Positions 59,063 to 64,000 of a stretch of 64,000 nucleotides of DNA are shown here, piece after piece (the first letter of the stretch is position 1; each line of letters starts with the position of its first letter). The stretch lies in contig OX597828.1 in NCBI GenBank assembly GCA_951406725.2, forward strand, positions 71,858,001 to 71,922,000. The letters run 5' to 3'. A program made the translations under genes and the position numbers. Below the pieces are notes generated by a model that made no database searches, was not told the DNA's origin, and saw only the letters and a program-made list of their open reading frames with translations. This DNA is from Octopus vulgaris. Taxonomy: Eukaryota.

Positions 59063-59814
59063 ATCACCACTTGATATCCTGTTGCTTATTTTGATTTTAT
59101 TCATACACACACACATACACATAAACACACACGCACATAGATGTGTGCATATATGCACATACACATACATATGTGCATATATGCACGCACACACACACAC
59201 ACTCTCTCTCTCTCTCTCTCACACATATAGATGCAAACACGGTAACACACAGATGCATAACTTTTTTAATGAAATTTTGCCGATACGTCTTTCACAGTGT
59301 AGGTTACAATTATGCTGATAAAAGAGTAATGATAACAACGATAATAATAACAACAACAACAACATCAACAATAGCAACGACAACGATGATGATAACATTT
59401 AATAAAATAATTGTACAAAAATTTGAGGTCCTTCTCTCTCGCAACTGAGTGACTTTATGTCATCATAAATCTCTTTCAAAGTCGCATTTTTAGATAACAT
59501 TTGTTAGAAATACGTTTCAGACATTGAAGATTACAACTATATTGATAATGTTTAGAAAGTAATTCTTTAGAAGGGAATCGGTTCGGTTTCCTTCGACCTC
59601 GCCTCTTCAACTTTGCGATCACCAAAGTTTACCATTTTCACTTTTATTTATGTACTTATTTATTTATTTATTTATTTATTTGTTGAAAATTATTTGCAGG
59701 TTGTTGTGTTTGGAATATCAACATTATGTAATCTACATTCACGAAAATCTATTTCAGCCAAATAGCATTTTAAAAAGAGTTATCTGAATATAAACATAGG
59801 ACACCAACCTGTAC

Positions 59815-59859
<45 letters not shown>

Positions 59860-59867
59860 GTACATAC

Positions 59868-59937
<70 letters not shown>

Positions 59938-60266
59938 GTATGCATGTATGCACACACAGAAATATGTTTACACATATATGTATGTGTGTATGTATGTATA
60001 CACAGATATATGCTTGCATATACATATATTCCTTATATGTATATATATGAGATCCAATTCATTACCAACAATGATATTGGTGTCCCTCTCTCACTCCCCC
60101 CTCTCTCTCTCTCTCTCTCTCTAAATATATATATATATATATACATACATATGTATATATATCTATATATATATATAAACATATATATATATATATATAT
60201 GTATGTATATATACACACACATATATATATACATATATGTATACATACATACACATATGTGTATAC

Positions 60267-60304
<38 letters not shown>

Positions 60305-60429
60305 GTATATATACACACATACAAGAGTTTCGGAATGGAGTAGGAAAAATCCGGGCAATATATGTTTCATATGGAACAACACGTACCTCCTTGTGACAAT
60401 GTATCCTTTAATCTAATCAAGATATCCTC

Positions 60430-60512
60430 GGCCTGAAGAGGAGCCGGTGATATACACCTCACTTGGATTTTAACACTTCTGAGGTTCCACTCGCTATGAA
60501 ACATATATAGCC
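60430..60512 (+). ncRNA. Hammerhead-like motif with long stem II
   Basis: ggc-CTGAAGA-ggagcc...ggttcc..-GAAA-CATATA-TA-gcc. Confidence 0.48.
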
Positions 60513-60772
60513 AGTTTTTTTCCTATTCCCTTCCGTAACTGTTGTATTTTTTCCACGCACTCGGCGACCCTGTTCGCCTACCGTGGAATATAAAAAGAAC
60601 TTTGTTTCTGCTCATCGTTCTCCGATAAAAGAAGAAAAACTACAACCTTTCGTCTCAATAAATCACTATTGTTCTTGAAAGTTATTTTATATTTACAACG
60701 GGTTGCTCGAAATAAACTTTCTTCCTACACCTGGATCCTTGAATCTTAATATATATATATATATATATATAC

Positions 60773-60823
<51 letters not shown>

Positions 60824-60945
60824 AGGTTGAAAAGGAACACACGAGTTAATATGTATGGAAAAGCTACTTGTATTTGAACACTATGCGAATATTCTTTTAA
60901 AAAACTTTTCTTTTAATTTTTCCAAAATTTAATTGTTTTCCATAC

Positions 60946-60987
60946 TTACAGTTGAAAAAGTCTCAATGACTGAAACCGGTACTGAAA
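60946..60987 (+). ncRNA. Minimal type I hammerhead, U3-A8 core (family A)
   Basis: ttacag-TTGAAAA-agtc(tcaat)gact-GAAA-CCGG-TA-ctgaaa. Confidence 0.68.
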
Positions 60988-61302
60988 TGCTTTTTATAAA
61001 ATTATTTTAGCATTTTCTACCTTGACTTTTTTCCATATATATATATAATATATTAATAAATAAAACATATGCATATATATATATATATATATATGTACGT
61101 ACCTACCTCTACATGTATATATACACGCATATATGAGTACAGGACACCAAAAAAAACGTCGAACACAATGAGAAACGAAAACATAGACACAAACCCAAGG
61201 AACTGGACATTTTTCTTAAACAACAAAAAAAAATAGAGTACAGGGCAAATAACACATGGAAAAAAACCCTTCTTCAGTCGCCATGGTTTCATCTACTCTA
61301 CG

Positions 61303-61352
<50 letters not shown>

Positions 61353-61446
61353 AGGTGTTTATTATCGTAAACTAAACTTGACTAAGCGTGTGTATGACGT
61401 ACTCTGAAAGGGGTTGCACTCGCCCCAAACACCGAATAGATAATTC

Positions 61447-61496
61447 CTTAAACTGACCGGTCAGTTTCGGCTATCGCCGTAGCCATCCTCAGTAAG
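61447..61496 (-). ncRNA. Type I hammerhead ribozyme motif, canonical core
   Basis: Minus strand reads ctta-CTGAGGA-t-ggcta(cggcga)tagcc-GAAA-CTGACCGGTCAG-TT-taag: stem I 4 bp, stem II 5 bp, palindromic stem III, GUU triplet. Confidence 0.85.
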
Positions 61497-61509
61497 TGCT
61501 ATTACAAAG

Positions 61510-61573
<64 letters not shown>

Positions 61574-61595
61574 TATATGTATATGAGTATATACA

Positions 61596-61629
<34 letters not shown>

Positions 61630-61659
61630 CATATATACATGCATATATATATATATATT

Positions 61660-61707
<48 letters not shown>

Positions 61708-61955
61708 TGTATGTATGTATGTATATATATAAATATATATGTAAATATAAATATATATGTATATATATATGTATATATATATATATATGTATGTATGTAT
61801 ACATATATATGTATGTATGTATATATATGTATATATATATACGTATGTACGTATATATATATATGTATGTATGCATGTATATATATATATATATATAAAT
61901 AAATATATATATGTGTGTGTGTGTGTATGTGTGTATGTATGTATATATATATATG

Positions 61956-62007
<52 letters not shown>

Positions 62008-62401
62008 TAAGACAAGCTATAAATAATAATCATTACACATTTTTCCTGTTTTAGAATTAATTTTGCTTACAATTGTTTCCAGTAGTCGTTATAGTGTGTA
62101 AAACGATTCTGTGTGAAAACCAGATAGACCGGAGCGCAATATATATTTACAATATAGAATGGTGACGAACCTCCTCGGACCCTGCTAGAAGATACTTGAA
62201 GCTTTTTTACTAATCTAAACAATACTGTTAACCCGATGAGCCAACATAGAGCTTATGAAGACTTTTGCCCGGATTGATAATCCTTCACTATTAGCTCTGT
62301 TTTGATATATATATAAGGATAAGATCATTAATTTAAAAATAATATAACGATTTTATCAAGTGGTCAGCATGGAAAAAATAACCTTCAAAGGTAACAATTA
62401 T

Positions 62402-62590
62402 TAAAATTATAAATTTGGGTATCTACGAGATACCACCATGCTGAAAATAGCAGCCATGAACTGACTCTAAAACCACCTTAATTGTCCATATATCATTGAT
62501 ATATGGACAATTAAGGTAGTTTTAGAGTTAGTTCATGGGTGCTATTTTCAGCATGGTGGTATCTCGTAGATACCCAAATTTATAATTTTA
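62402..62590. repeat. Near-perfect palindrome of about 190 bp
   Basis: aaaattataaatttgggtatctacgagataccaccatgctgaaaatagc...ccatatatca-t-tgatatatgg... Confidence 0.9.
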
Positions 62591-62603
62591 TATATATATT
62601 CAT

Positions 62604-62703
<100 letters not shown>

Positions 62704-62814
62704 AAGAGTTCCTCAAGCACCCAAGCATGAGTCCACTGCATTTTATAGCGGAAACACCTATAAGCTAATGCAGTTCATAAGGTAATCACTTATTCCTTGG
62801 TGCCATCTTATATA

Positions 62815-62875
<61 letters not shown>

Positions 62876-62990
62876 TTGTTTGTTTTTATGTCGAGTTATA
62901 CGTACAAACAATTTGTCAAGAAACTGGAGGATTATACACCATTATTTCTTAATAGAGTACATATTTCTTAAATTTTACAAAGGAAATGTT

Positions 62991-63036
62991 GAAAGTGACT
63001 TCGAAGTTTCGGCTTCTTCGCCCTCATCCGACTGTC
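62991..63036 (-). ncRNA. Type I hammerhead motif (U4G core variant)
   Basis: gacagt-CGGATGA-g-ggc(gaagaa)gcc-GAAA-CTTCGAAG-TC-actttc; palindromic stem III ACTTCGAAGT; GUC triplet. Confidence 0.7.
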
Positions 63037-63462
63037 AGATAGAGACGAGAAATGTCAATTAATATATATATACATATTTCTTTTTTTTATTAAATTTTCT
63101 ACAAATATGCTTCAGATGGTGTAGATTCCGGTTATATCGGAAATTGTCCTTAAAAGATTTTTTGCGCGAATAGCGAGAGTAAAGTTTGGAAAATTGACAT
63201 GTGTCAACTTTGATTCCTCATAGCTTTCAGGAATATGGGATTTTTTAAATGAAATTATCTACAAACATTTTTCAGAGTGTGTAGAATACAATTATATCGA
63301 TATTTGATATGAAAAAAAAAATTGTTGGACTCGCACACACATGCATTCTAACACACATCGCATATATCTACAAAATGAAACTTGAAATTTCGAAAATGTA
63401 TATCAGTATGTGTGTGCGTGTTTTCACTATTGTTATATATATATATATACATACAGACATAC

Positions 63463-63575
<113 letters not shown>

Positions 63576-63577
63576 TG

Positions 63578-63620
<43 letters not shown>

Positions 63621-63799
63621 TAGAAGGTTTGGAGATGATGTACAGGTATTTTATATTAGAAGAAATGAGGTACTCAGAAATTCGGATGGTTTTATATTTA
63701 CAGATATTTATGTGTATATTACATGTTTTTATACATCATATATCCTATATTAGCGCTTTCGTCCATTCTAGTGGAGTTTTCAAATTGTACATATATATA

Positions 63800-63852
<53 letters not shown>

Positions 63853-64000
63853 TATTCTGATATAGTCATAATCTACATGCTCTGAAGGTTATTAGTAGAA
63901 ATTTTCATTCAACATTACGCATTTTTCCGAAAGTTAGGAGGAAACAAAGCCGAATTTTCTGAAACTCACCTGAAAAAAAATGTTCACAACAAATCGAAAT

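Overview
Very AT-rich, microsatellite-saturated animal DNA. The SINE families and simple-repeat load suggest a coleoid cephalopod such as Octopus (inference). Nearly all ORF-track entries are microsatellite translations. The only well-supported host coding sequence is a minus-strand internal exon (11465-11799) of an Alx (aristaless-like, PRD-class) homeobox gene. The rest is intronic or intergenic: tRNA-type SINEs, CR1-, RTE- and Dong/R4-like LINE fragments, a rearranged mariner, two Helitron ends, tandem repeats and a 100-N gap. The most striking signal is about 20 hand-folded type I hammerhead-ribozyme (HHR)-like motifs in at least six short repeat families. Most have palindromic stem III, and several show covarying stems or U3-A8 core variants. 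They sit beside (TA)n tracts, often as inverted pairs, and one lies next to a possible GIY-YIG remnant, which fits Penelope-like or retrozyme-like elements. All structures were folded by eye; no activity is demonstrated.
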